A stretch of 64,000 nt of DNA from Dicyema japonicum (taxonomy: Eukaryota; Animalia; Dicyemida). The notes beneath the pieces were generated by a model, which saw only the letters and a program-made list of their open reading frames with translations, searched no databases and was not told where the DNA came from. The stretch spans positions 1,922,332 to 1,986,331 of the forward strand of contig RDEW01000001.1 in assembly GCA_011109175.1 (NCBI GenBank). The letters run 5' to 3'. The translations under genes were made by a program, and so were the position numbers. Positions 26,971 through 38,281 of this stretch are shown here, piece by piece; within the stretch, counting starts at the first letter, position 1, and every line of letters begins with the position of its first letter.

Positions 26971-28994
26971 AATAATAAAGTGGGGTCGTGTGATCCACCA
27001 GCTCCAAGTGACGCCTAATACCTGGATGGTATGAAAAAAGAGATAATTTGCTCTCCCCCACTGCATTAGAAAAGTTCCCAAAAATGCAATAAATAGATAT
27101 ATTCTTCCCTTTCTGTTGGTTTTGGATAAACTGTGTTATATTGAAAGACTGCTTCTGCTCTCGTATGGACTATTAATTAGTTGTTTCTGTTGGTTTTGGA
27201 TAAGACTGCTTCTGCCCTCGTGGGGACTGTTAATTAACTATTAACTTCTTTCTCTAAGTATCCCACGTTAATAAATTAAATAATTAAAATATCAGAGATT
27301 ATCATTAATCATCTTCAATCATGCAGAAAATGTCAAATGAGTCATCGAGCCTAATATCAAACCCATCCCCCTCGAAGCAATCCTATCGAACTACAACGAG
27401 AGCTTCTCAGAGCAGCCAGCTAACCCTTCCATAAAATTTTCCTCAACCTTAAATTTTAAGTAATCTAGAGGAAAATACAATAAGTCAATTTTGATTATAT
27501 TTAATAAAAATTTATTTAAATTTATTTAATATTTTTAATTTAAACTTAAACAGATCCTTCATGATAGTTTTGTATCCTTGTTGATGAAAGCAAAGTTAAG
27601 CATGAAGGAAATAAAAAATTCTGACATATTCATGGATTGCACACTGTAAACAATAATTTAGTTAATTCCAGTCTGTATTGTAATCCATTGGAGTCAGATT
27701 TGACGCATTTAATAACCAATCTGGCAATATTTCCTATATTTGGGCAGGTAGGATGTGCAGAAATTAATTTTGTGATAACTGAAGTAAATACACCCGACTT
27801 TACTGTTAAAGTGAAATACACGTAATAATACTTTACAATTTTAGTAAAGCAGGACGTCTTTGGGCTGCCCTTAGTTTGCTTGGTTCTCTGAATGATGGGC
27901 AAAGATGCGTGTGTAAAGTCAATAAAATTTATTCTTCTGATTCTGAAGGCACACGGAAGGACCTTATTCCACGATTTTTTTAATTAATTAGTCTAAATGT
28001 TTTTAATATATTGTAAATTTCCCTTAGTCTGATTTGCTGGTTTCTTGTAATCTTCGTGTTTCCTTTTAGCCACTACTCTCCATGTTTCCTATTAGTACTT
28101 ACCGTGTTGTTGTAATAAACTACTACATGAAACAAGATATCATTTTATCTAGAAACAGTCTATTAAAGGTGTGGATAATTATTTTCTTTAAAGTACCAGA
28201 TTTCCCCCAATCACATTTCATCCCATTGAGTTTCGTGTCATTTGCTTTATGCACTGTAAATATTGTACTGACCAAGTATAGAGCTTAGATTATGAAGCTC
28301 CCTGTTTAGGTGGATGCTAGTCTAACAAGATTAATTAATTTATTAGCACGAGATATATTCAGGAATAACTCAATGATCACTAACAAATTAAATGTATTCA
28401 GTTCCCATAGTCGTAGAAGTGGAGAGACCTACAAATATCACACAAGTCCACCCCGAACCAGCAAGAATGATAGAAAGCATCCATTCCTTGCAGTTGTGGG
28501 ACCTCCAACATGGAAGGGGGAGAGCAAATGATTTTTTGCTCCATCCTGGCACTGGGGGTTATCTGAGATAGGCTGATTACATGACTCTACTAGTAGAATG
28601 AAAGACGACATGGAATAAAGGAATCTCGAAATCGCTAAGGAAAAAAGAAATAACGTCAAAAAGTAATACGATCGGTGCTCACAGTTCCTCAATAAATTGC
28701 GTCATCCAACGTCTGTGGTTTTCCTGTTTCCCAACTATCGAGCGAAAGTGCCTTCTCTCATTTCTGCAGAGGAATCATTTATTAAGCCCATCATACACCT
28801 TTTGTAGCCATCTGATTGCCAATTGTTTACTCTGAACATAAAACATCACAAACTAGCATATACTACACTTTACAAAGAACCATATTAGCTATAGCTTCCC
28901 CAGGCAGGACGCACACTTTATTTAAGTAAATAACAGTTATCATATTTAATCGACGAAAGAGAACCAAGGAATGCTCTTCACTTTTTTGTTTGGG

Positions 28995-29171
28995 TGAGTC
29001 CTTTTGTAGACGACCTAGTTACGCAGTGAGATATTTACTCATGACGGGGTCACTCGTCAAGCCAAAGCATCGAAGATGCGTGGAACCTAAAGCCGGAATA
29101 TACAACATAGAGACTCGAATAAGAGCCATCAGGCCTTTTGCCAGAAAATCGTTACACTAAACTACGCCACA
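28995..29171 (-). mobile_element. tRNA-derived SINE copy
   Basis: Shares 'ggttccacgcatc...ttgacgagtgac..cgtcat...ctcactgcg.aactag' with 44313-44495. Confidence 0.75.
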
Positions 29172-29213
29172 AACTAACAAGACAAGAAATAAGACTAAGA
29201 CTTGTATTTAAAA

Positions 29214-31429
29214 TCAACATCTTTCAAATTGTTTATAAAGATCACCAAGTTGTGATAAAAGTGTGAAGGCTGATCTAATTTCTGGTCCCCCAGGAAAGAG
29301 AAACTTCTTTAACGAAGGCAACAGGCAAAACTCAACGCAATATCCAAAATTGAAAGAATCTTCGTAATCCTCGGTTTTACTGAGAGCATAAAACTCAGCA
29401 ATAGTATTAGATATCGAAGCAAAACAGGTCTTTTCATCGCTCCAATTAACCTATCACCAATTATACACTAATATAACATCTCTCGCCAGTTTTAACACAA
29501 ACTGACCTAATTTTCTCATTGGGGGAAGATAATTCGAAACAAGAACAGGCAAAGTAAGAAGCACTCCACCATCAATTTCGATCGAAAAATAATCTAATAG
29601 CATCGCCGACTTCTCACTCAACAGTTGGCTGACTTCCTCCGCACAGTCTGGGCTTTCTCCACAGCCAGTGAGCAACTCAGTCATCAAAATTTTGTTCTGA
29701 GATTAAAAAATCAAGCAAACCGGAATACTAAACGACGACAAACTCCCAAAGTTAGTGACAACTATTTGATAAAACAAATGTCTGCTCAGAGTCCTCAAAT
29801 CAAGCATAATCAATGATTCATTATTCTGAATAAGAGTGTACACTTCATTCACAATCCCCACAAAGGTGAAGGAGCCGAGAATATTGACAAGATCTGGGCT
29901 AACAAACACCTGGGTACCTTCATCAACGCGTGAAGTAAAGTCATCTTGTAATTCAATAACACTGGTAAGCTTGAAGTCCCCATGATTGAACTCATTTAAG
30001 ATGTTTTGGTTGGAGTTCGTCTTCTCTAAAAATTAAAGGAGAGACAACTGGGCACGTGATTATTGAGCTTTGATGGCATATATACCTCCAGTTTTGTAGA
30101 TCGAGCATCAGATCTGTCGAATATTTGAGATTGGGTTGATCGGTTGGCCACAGCTACGATTACATAAGGGACCAACGTGAAATGAAAGTAGTCTTCGGTT
30201 TATTCGAGAAAAAGAGTCTTGAATTGGCAGAGGACTCACCTGATAAAAGCTGTTCCTCCATTCTTCGCTTTATAATGTCCACGATCTCCTCTTCAAACAG
30301 AAAATTGACAGTTTCTTTACACGGGTGCACATTCACATCCAAGCAGTTGGGGGAAATCTCGATTCTACAGCGTTGGTAAAAAAGCAAACGAGCAGAACAC
30401 GAATGGATTAGATTTTTTCGTCAAAATGGGGGTATAAAAGTCGTCGATCACTCGCCGAAGCTTGGGTACTTCAACAAGTCGATTATTAACAAAGAATATT
30501 TTTACGTTTTTCCGCAAAGAGTAACTAGTGTTGGCAAAAAACCCGGAAAAGCGGAATTTTGTTTCACCAATGGACGATCTGTCATCCTCTGAGACTCCTC
30601 CGGAAACGGAGACAATATCCTTGATCAGGTTTACTCCATATACAAGCCCAATGTTGTCAAATACTAGGCAATTCCCTGGAGTTTGGAGGATAACGTCGTC
30701 GTTCTAAATAATTCGTTGAATTGAACCTTTCGAAGACAAATAGATAGTTTTGAGTAAAGAATGGCATATTTTGAGACGAAAAAGTAAATTCTGTTAAACT
30801 CGTCGGAGGAATTTCTGAGGATTTTCAGTCTGTTTGGCATGTTGAAGAATAAATCATTGACCTAAGATTAGACACGGACAGAATACAGTGATTGAGGTAC
30901 CGACATTCCCTGCACACATTTTGACATCTCCAATAAGCTTTCCCTCGTAGTATTCCCCCCTTTGATAAGCAGAGACAGCAAAACTTATAGGCATATTCAG
31001 AATCAGAAGTTCTAGAGATCACAGTCAAGTGAGCGATTTGACTTATGCTTGAAAGAGCTTCCCCGCGGAATCCGAGGGTTGTCATTTTAAGCAAGTCACT
31101 TATTTGAGTTAATTTGCTTGTAGTGAACCTCTCGCAGAGAATGGGCATATCGCATAGCAAAACTACCAAACTAAATGTACTTGTATTCCAGATCCATTAT
31201 CTCGAAGACTTATCATTTTGAGCCCGCCTTCTTTAATGGATAAGTTTATTATTGTAGCACCAGAATCGACGCTTAATTTATATACATATTTTTACCTATT
31301 TTCGAGCATTTCCTTCACGGCATTACAAGGACGTTGAATGACTTCACCGGCAGCAATTTTATTGATTACTTCGGCATCAAGTCGTTTTATTTTGTTAGGT
31401 CTCGATGGGATGTCACCAAAGTTTGACAT
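29214..31429 (-). CDS. MLH1: DNA mismatch repair protein MutL homolog 1, complete, 11 introns of 23-27 nt
   Basis: '[22 protein letters not shown]|VDSG', 'DNGSGI', 'CERFTTSKL', 'GFRGEAL', 'DVNVHP', C-terminal 'LYKQFERC*'. Fully spliced in frame by hand. Confidence 0.97.
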
Positions 31430-31430
31430 T

Positions 31431-31440
31431 TTTTGGCGCG
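31431..31440 (+). promoter_or_regulatory. E2F-like site (TTTGGCGC) immediately upstream of the MLH1 ATG
   Basis: ttttggcgcg matches TTTSSCGC and is the only GC island in the ~70-nt AT-rich spacer. Confidence 0.4.
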
Positions 31441-31504
31441 TTTTATAGATTTTAAAATAAAAGAATTATTATTAATTTTAAAATCATTAATAATATATTT
31501 TCTA

Positions 31505-32170
31505 AATGCGTGACTATTCCTTTTCAAGATGGCGAGCGAGATTCGCTCAAATAACCAGCAGCGCTCACGAGGGTCTCCTGATCGTATATCGATCCGATTC
31601 CTTAGATCAAGAATTCCAGCGTCGCAGGCCCAAGGAAACCCGACGTCTCAATGTCGAGTAGAACAAACAAAAATCCTTGGGTAGGACCGCGTACTTTTCC
31701 CGTTTCAACTTCTTGGCCTTCTCAGTGGCAGAACAGACTCCAGAGGTACTCTGGAGTAGGTTACAAAAGGCAAACGTGTCACTACACTGACGTCCCAGAC
31801 AAGATGTTTCCCGGCTTCAAAAGGGAAGATTGTCATCCCATCTGGTCGTTTCCCGTCTTGCCTGCAAAGACCGAGTGATTTGAGCATGGAGGCGGCGTCT
31901 AAAGCTTGCCTAACGACTTCGTTCAAGACCATGCGTCTGGAAAATTTGCTTGCACTTTTTCTGCAGGGGTGTCTCCGCATCAGCACGAATGTGGAACAAA
32001 GACTTTTAATTTCAGTAGTAATGAGATCCCAATACGGACGCATTCATTATCCAGGAAGGTACCCAAAATTCCATTGGGAATGGCGTTGAGCTAGGAACCG
32101 CTCTCACAAGACGCCCCCGACAACAAAGAAACCCGGCGATGTTGGCTGATGACACTAGCAAATCTTCGAA
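31505..32170 (-). mobile_element. CRE-like retrotransposon 3' part (RLE domain)
   Basis: 'LNEVVRQALDAA...GLCRQDGKRPDGMTIFPFEAGKHLVWDVSV'. Confidence 0.82.
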
Positions 32171-32519
32171 AGAATTCCAACATATAGCAATATTTTTATT
32201 AGAGATGTGAGTAATCATTTGCGATAATTTAAAGAGCCACATCAAAAACTCAGAGCCACGGTTGCCGACCCCTGTCCTAGGGTGTCAGTTTCATGTTCCC
32301 AGAAAGTTTTTTTTGTGTAGCCTCGATTTTTTGGGAATTTGTTCAAGAGATCGAAGGCCCCCTGAGACAAATGCATATGAAGTGAATATTTCAATATTCC
32401 AAGTAAAAAATTTTTAATACGTGGTGATTTCCGGTTATTCATAGACTAGTTAGGCTCTTTAACAAGTTGATTTTTCTTAGCATTTGTCTAGCAATTTCGA
32501 CGTGCCACGAAAAGCACAT

Positions 32520-33690
32520 ATGAGTATCAAATGTTACTCCCAAGATATTTTGTAATTTTTAAAAGGTAATGTTTATCCTTCCGCTTTAACTTCAATTGAT
32601 TTATTTGCCATTTTTTTCCTAGGAGAATTGGGATGCTCAGGGCTAATTGTCTGTCGATTGTCTTTTAACCACAAAAATAAACGGTTCAGGTGATGTTGCA
32701 TTCTCTCCGTGGATGCCTGGACGCCTTGATCCCGTGATGTTAAAAAGTTGTCATTTGCATAAGCCAAGAAAAGACTTTTGCCAAGAATAAGTTGAAAAGT
32801 AGTAACCCTGTGGTACTCTATAAGGAAATAGCAGAGAAACTGCTCGAATATTCCCAAGACAGACCCGACCCCTCAAGCAGCTAAGAAAATTAACCAACAA
32901 GAGTTTTAAATTCCCAGGAATATCCTTGTGAAAAATTTTCCAGCTAAAGTTACTCTTGGAACTGGTTCAAAAGCTTCATGATGTCAAATGAGCATAATAC
33001 GGTCTTTTAATATCCAGAATGAAGTCACTAAGAGAGATGAGATGATTCGTAGTTGATCAATCATTTTGAATCCACGCTGGAACGAGCCTTTCCTAGATTT
33101 TGGATATGGGTACAAAAGTGAACCTGAGTACTTTTTCGGCTTTCCAGTTTTCTGAATTGGTCTGATGTTTGCAAGTTTACATAATGTTGAAATCGAAATG
33201 TGGTTTATGGACAAATTATAGACTTTTGTCAGTGTGTCAATTCCCTCATTGCCCAGATTTTTCATAGTATGATAGGAATCACATCGGGGCCGTGCGAATA
33301 CGTTAGTCGGTCTGAATTTCCTTAACTTATTTTCAGAGAAATAAGATGACAGTAGATCCCTTTTCGGTTTCTTAATAATAGGTGGGACTCATCAACTTTT
33401 CTATACTCTGTGTGCACTTTTTACGTAGTATTGTGCCATGGCATTTATATCATTTTGGCTGCATTTGTCGTCTTAGGGTGATCTTTCATCTATTCTCGAT
33501 TTATTACGAATTACTTTCCAGACTTACTGTCGACCGACTGTGGTTTATGGCAGTAAGAACCAACCTCCATTTGTTCTCTACATTTTGAATTTCTTGGTTT
33601 TTTAATCCTTCAACAATTTTAGACGGAGCCTTGCCCCGACTTTTTGAGACTATTTCTTTCTTGATAGTTTTCCTTCTGTGCTAACTGGTA
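32520..33690 (-). mobile_element. Decayed Jockey/I-like LINE
   Basis: 'MKNLGNEGIDTL..YN.SI...KLANIRPIQKTGKP', 'LAYANDN', 'HLNRLFLWLKDN'. Confidence 0.65.
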
Positions 33691-33945
33691 ACTAGTCAAA
33701 TTAAGATGAAACAAATCATGTTTATCTTCAGAAGATGGGGAGACATGTAAAATAAAGTTATTGATCGATAGATGGTAATTTGAATTATTTCACTGCAAAT
33801 AATCTTGGGCAAAAATCTACAACTACAGTTGTACACAAATCAGTCAACTACAAAGTGATTAAAATCCTAATGGTAGATAATCTAATTGTGGTTGGAAATT
33901 GTATAAATTATAATTTACGACAAAATTATTATAACTGAAGAAAAG

Positions 33946-35502
33946 ATGAAATTATTTGGAAATATTTCTATACGAGGGAGAGTCATCATTGGAATCAATC
34001 TCTTCGCCTGCATGTCGATTATTTATATGCAGAGAATCAATCTGAACGTAGTCGTTGCTCAAATTGTCACCATCAACAATGACGACCCAACAGTTTAGAA
34101 GTAATCTGACATGTAGAAATTCCAATGGACCAAAATAGAAAAATCTCTCGTTTTGATGTCATTTTTCGCCGGATATTGGATCACTCCAATAGTTGGAGGA
34201 CTAATTGCCGAAAAATATGGGACAAAACGATCTCTTGCTATCGGAGCTATCTTTTCCTCGGTTTCGTGTCTCCTAACTCCTCTTGCCATCGAAAAGTCAG
34301 TTTATTGGGTTGTAGTCATACGCATAGTAATGGCGATCTTTCAGGTCTGTGTTTGACCAAATTTATAGGGGATTTTTATTCCTTGCTATGTTATTATGAT
34401 AACAAACTGGTTCCCTGCAAGTTTCCGTTCCACTGCGTTCGGTTTGACATATCCTGGTAATATAACCATAAAATTCTATAGGAACCAATTTCGGGACCAT
34501 TCTAGCTATGAGTATTCCATCAGCATTGGCCCAGAATTTCGATCATTGGAGAATTTCGTTTTATTTGTTCGGTTTTTCTCAACCTTTATTTTAGCTGGAA
34601 TCGGTTTCCTGTGGATTCTGTTTTGGATGATTTTCACAACGGATTTCCCAAAAAATAACAAATGGATCACAAAGGAAGAAAAGGAATTCATTTCTAATAA
34701 CACAGAACGGAAAAAAAGTTCGAAATTTAAGGTCGAGAGTTTTTCTAAAGATAGGACTTTCCGTTTCGAGCTGCATTGACTTCACCCCCGATTTTGGCTG
34801 TAATATCAGCCCATTTTACCGTTTCTTGGAATGTATACATTGTCACAACATTAACTCCGTCTTTAATAAAGGACCTATTCTACATTGAAGTCAAAGATGT
34901 ATCAATTGATTCATTTCTAGCAAACGTATATTACATTTTTGATCCCAATTTTGATTTGGATTGGAGGATTGACATCTTGCTCAGTATTTGACTTACTGGT
35001 TGCTAAAAATGTAGTTAAGAACATTACACTAAGAAAAATATTCAATTTATTGTGTAGTTTTTATTATATGACTTAGCTTTAACCCCAACTGGACTTTTAC
35101 TTATGTTTTCCACGTTATTTCCACCTGAGAGATATGTTGCAGGGATCGCGCTGATTTTACTTTCTTGCATTTTCTTGTCATTTGATTTATCCGTTGTTCT
35201 GCCTAACATTGGGGATCTGGCTCCCCAATATGGAGGAACTATATTTGGGATCGCAAATATGGTGGGATCGTTTTCAGGAATAATTAGTATTCAGTCAGCG
35301 TATTCGATTGTGTCAGATCAGGTAAATTTGTACTTTATTTTAGCATAAACCTTACCAATGGCAAATTGTTTTCGGTATAATGATATGCATGCAGGTTATC
35401 TCCTCCATTATATACACAATCTTTGCCAAAGGAACTATCCAAAGCTGGGCAATTCCTAAAGACTCGGAGAAGGATATTGAAGAACGTCACTATGACATTT
35501 AA
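33946..35502 (+). CDS. SLC17 family (sialin/VGLUT-like) MFS anion transporter, multi-exon
   Basis: 'YMQRINLNVVVAQIV', 'FQWTKIEKSLVLMSFFAGYWITPIVGG', 'NWFPASFRS', 'DLAPQYGGTIFGIANMVG', 'AKGTIQSWA'; micro-intron 34093-34116 and others. Confidence 0.88.
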
Positions 35503-35725
35503 TTTCTTGTTAACATAACCATAAAAAACTAAATATTTACTAAGTAGTCACCTATACCTTTTAAATTATTGGTTTTCGACATCTGAGACTGTGATCAGTT
35601 CCAAGTTTCGATTAGATGACAATTCGACCTTTTCTAACTGAGGGCTGATACTTCGCGGTCTTTAATAAAAAAAATTTTTACCTTACTTGAGATCAAAGAT
35701 AAAAATTTACAAATGGCAATACAAT

Positions 35726-35841
35726 GGGTTAGGGTTAGGTTATGGGTTGGTTAGGGTTAGGTTATATGTGGGTTAGGGTTAGGTTATGGGTGGTTTGGGT
35801 TAGGTTATGGGTAGGGCTTTGTTATGGGTAGGTTAGGGTTA
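35726..35841 (+). repeat. Interstitial telomere-like tract (mixed TTAGGG/TTAGG/TTATGGG)
   Basis: gggttagggttaggttatgggttggttagggttagg...ggttagggtta. Confidence 0.85.
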
Positions 35842-36214
35842 CGGCGAAATAGGAAAGTTGCGTTCACTATCTAAAAAACTTTTATTTGTATATTGGAGAT
35901 TCAAAATCTCCCAAAAACTGTCGCGTCCCATTCTGGTTACAAATCACCTGTCAATCACTGTCAGGTTACAATCCACAGTGAATATTCTAAATGGTGATCC
36001 TGTATTAATGGGAAAATCCGAGAAATTAATTGTCATTGATGGTCAATATACCTCAAATACGAAAAATTTGAAAAACACACACTAGCTATTTGCATGGATA
36101 ACGAGTCTGAAATGGAATAGAAATAGCCATTCAGGGATTCGTAAACTGCAACAAGAATTTTCGCGCGCACAACGTGCACAACGCGCAACAAATCATGTGT
36201 CAATCAATGTCATG

Positions 36215-36598
36215 TCAAAATCCTCGGGAAGAATTGAGTGCTCTGAGATGATTTCTGTGAAAAGAATTCAACTTTTCGAGTTCCTGTTCTGTACATGCCC
36301 ATGTACCGGCATTATATAATAAGATTGGCCTCACTAAGGCATTGTATAGTCTCATTCGAGTTGTATGATCACGTCCTTTGTGCAGAAGCCCGGTCTTCTT
36401 CATTTTGTTGAAAGTGACATTAGTTAGTGTCTTCCTTCGTGTTATTTCTACGGAGTCACCGAGAAAGGATCCTAGTTTTTTTGATCTACGCCAGTGCTCC
36501 TCGGTCCTATCCTTCCTTCTTTTAGCTCCATGATTTCGGTTTTGTTGTGTTTACTTTTAATGACCATTCAGCCATTTCGCTACTGTCTATAGTAATTG
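36215..36598 (-). mobile_element. RTE-like LINE RT C-terminal fragment
   Basis: 'KLGSFLGD', 'RMRLYNALVRPILLYNAGTW..KLNSFHRNHLR'. Confidence 0.75.
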
Positions 36599-37702
36599 CA
36601 ATTTTTTTCTCTTTAAATTTTTAATTAATTCATACAAAGTTTTGTCAGCATTTTTTTGCGTCTTGCGACTATCAGATAAAGCCCTGTATCGCATTTTATA
36701 TTATTAATTTATATTAATGAAAACGAAATTTATGATAATGAAAACGCAATTTATAATAATGAAAAACCCTGTATCAGGCATTTTATCGATAAACTATACT
36801 AAAGCCAATGACCATTCAAACGATAAACTATATTAAAGCCAAAGCACTCAATTCTCGTCTATTTGCTGAGTTATGCAAAGAAAATGACTCTGAATTTGAG
36901 ACTCTTTTGTTGCATTCACATGTGAGACGACTTTCAAAAGGAAAAGTATTGAAGAGAGCATTTAACTACGAAAAGAAATACATGAATTTCTTAAGACGTC
37001 AAACCAAAACTGCATAAAAAATTTTCTGATACTCGTTTATTGACTTTATTGGCATTTTTGGTGGATATATTTGAATCTTTGAAGTTGTTTATTTAAAACT
37101 GCCAAAAAGAGATACCTTCAGAGAAATTTCTAGATATTTTTTCGATATTTATAAATTTTTAGATATTTTCCTGATATTTCTGAATTTGATAAGTACCCTC
37201 GTTTTCTCAGCAACCCGTTTGCAATTTCAGTTAAGGACTTCCCTTCTGAAAACCATATAAATCAGGAACAATTTATCGATTTGTTTAATGATGGATATGC
37301 AAAATGCGTTTTCAACCAAGTTTCTCAAAGCGATTGTTGGATTCAAATGGCTATTTCCTATTCAGAGTTGGCAAAGATGGCACATAAAGTGCTTATTCAG
37401 TTGCAACTACATATGAGAGTGAGACAGCGTTTTCTACACTACTTACCATCAAATCAAAATTCCGCGATAGATTGGATGTGTCAAATGACATGAGGGTTGC
37501 ATTGTACAAAAAACAAACCGACTTAGAAAAACTGGTGAAGGCCAAACAAGTGCATACATCTCATTAATTATCATTCTTTAAGTTTGCACTAATTTTTGTT
37601 TTTGTTAAAATGTTAATTCACTAATTTAATGAAGGACCGCAAGCAATTAAAAAAATAAAAAGGACCGACGTCTTTTTTTTAAAAAAAGTTTGAGAACCAC
37701 TG
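36599..37702 (+). mobile_element. hAT (Charlie/Buster; ZBED8/FAM200-type) transposon 3' part with right TIR
   Basis: 'YIKAKALNSRLFAELC..LLLHSHVR.LSKGKVL', C-terminal 'PDLEKLVKAKQVHTSH*'; ends gtttgagaaccactg (reverse complement CAGTGGTTCTCAAAC) followed by ttctatag. Confidence 0.85.
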
Positions 37703-38220
37703 TTCTATAGTAATTGATTTCCAACTTTTGCATTAAGATCACAGGAAATCAATATTAATGTGGCATTTGCATAATTGGAATAAACATCAGACAGATTCGC
37801 ATAAAAGTCGTCAATCTCCTCGGGTTTCTTATTGATCCATCCACGATGTGGAGCATATGCGTTAATAATAGTAAGATAACTCTTTGGAGAGTTATGATCG
37901 TCCAATGTTATTTGTATAATCCCAATCCTTTCATTGATAGTCCAGTGACGGTATATGCGTCGGAGTAGGTCCTTTCTTACAACGAATCCAAGTCCGTAAT
38001 GCTTTGATTCCCCAGAGAGAAAGATTAACTGAAACTTTCCGTGTTGTTCTTCAAACTCCTTCGATATTTTTGTCTCTTGGAGACATCCGATTGATATCTA
38101 TCAATTTGAAAGGTCTTCACAAAGTTCTTTTCTTTTTCCATGCACTAGAGAGTCCTTTGACATTGAACGTCAAAAGAGAGAAGTCATTTAGATTGCAATT
38201 TTCGTGTTTTTCAGACATAC
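37703..38220 (-). mobile_element. RTE-like LINE APE endonuclease fragment
   Basis: 'LTIINAYAPH...IDDFYANL...LISCDLNAKVG'. Confidence 0.75.
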
Positions 38221-38281
38221 TTTTCAAGAGGGACATCACCACCTCAACCCAAAAACTTCCAAATCCGGGAAAATAGTATCC

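Noticed and set aside
27560-28300. Short ORFs on both strands (27630-27902, 27637-27825, 28082-28288)
   Set aside because: No recognisable motif or consistent spliced model; left unannotated.
20709-31429. Alternative genetic code or stop readthrough to explain the fragmented ORFs
   Set aside because: Removing micro-introns eliminates the stops; TAA and TGA end genes at the expected positions (e.g. FERC-TGA).
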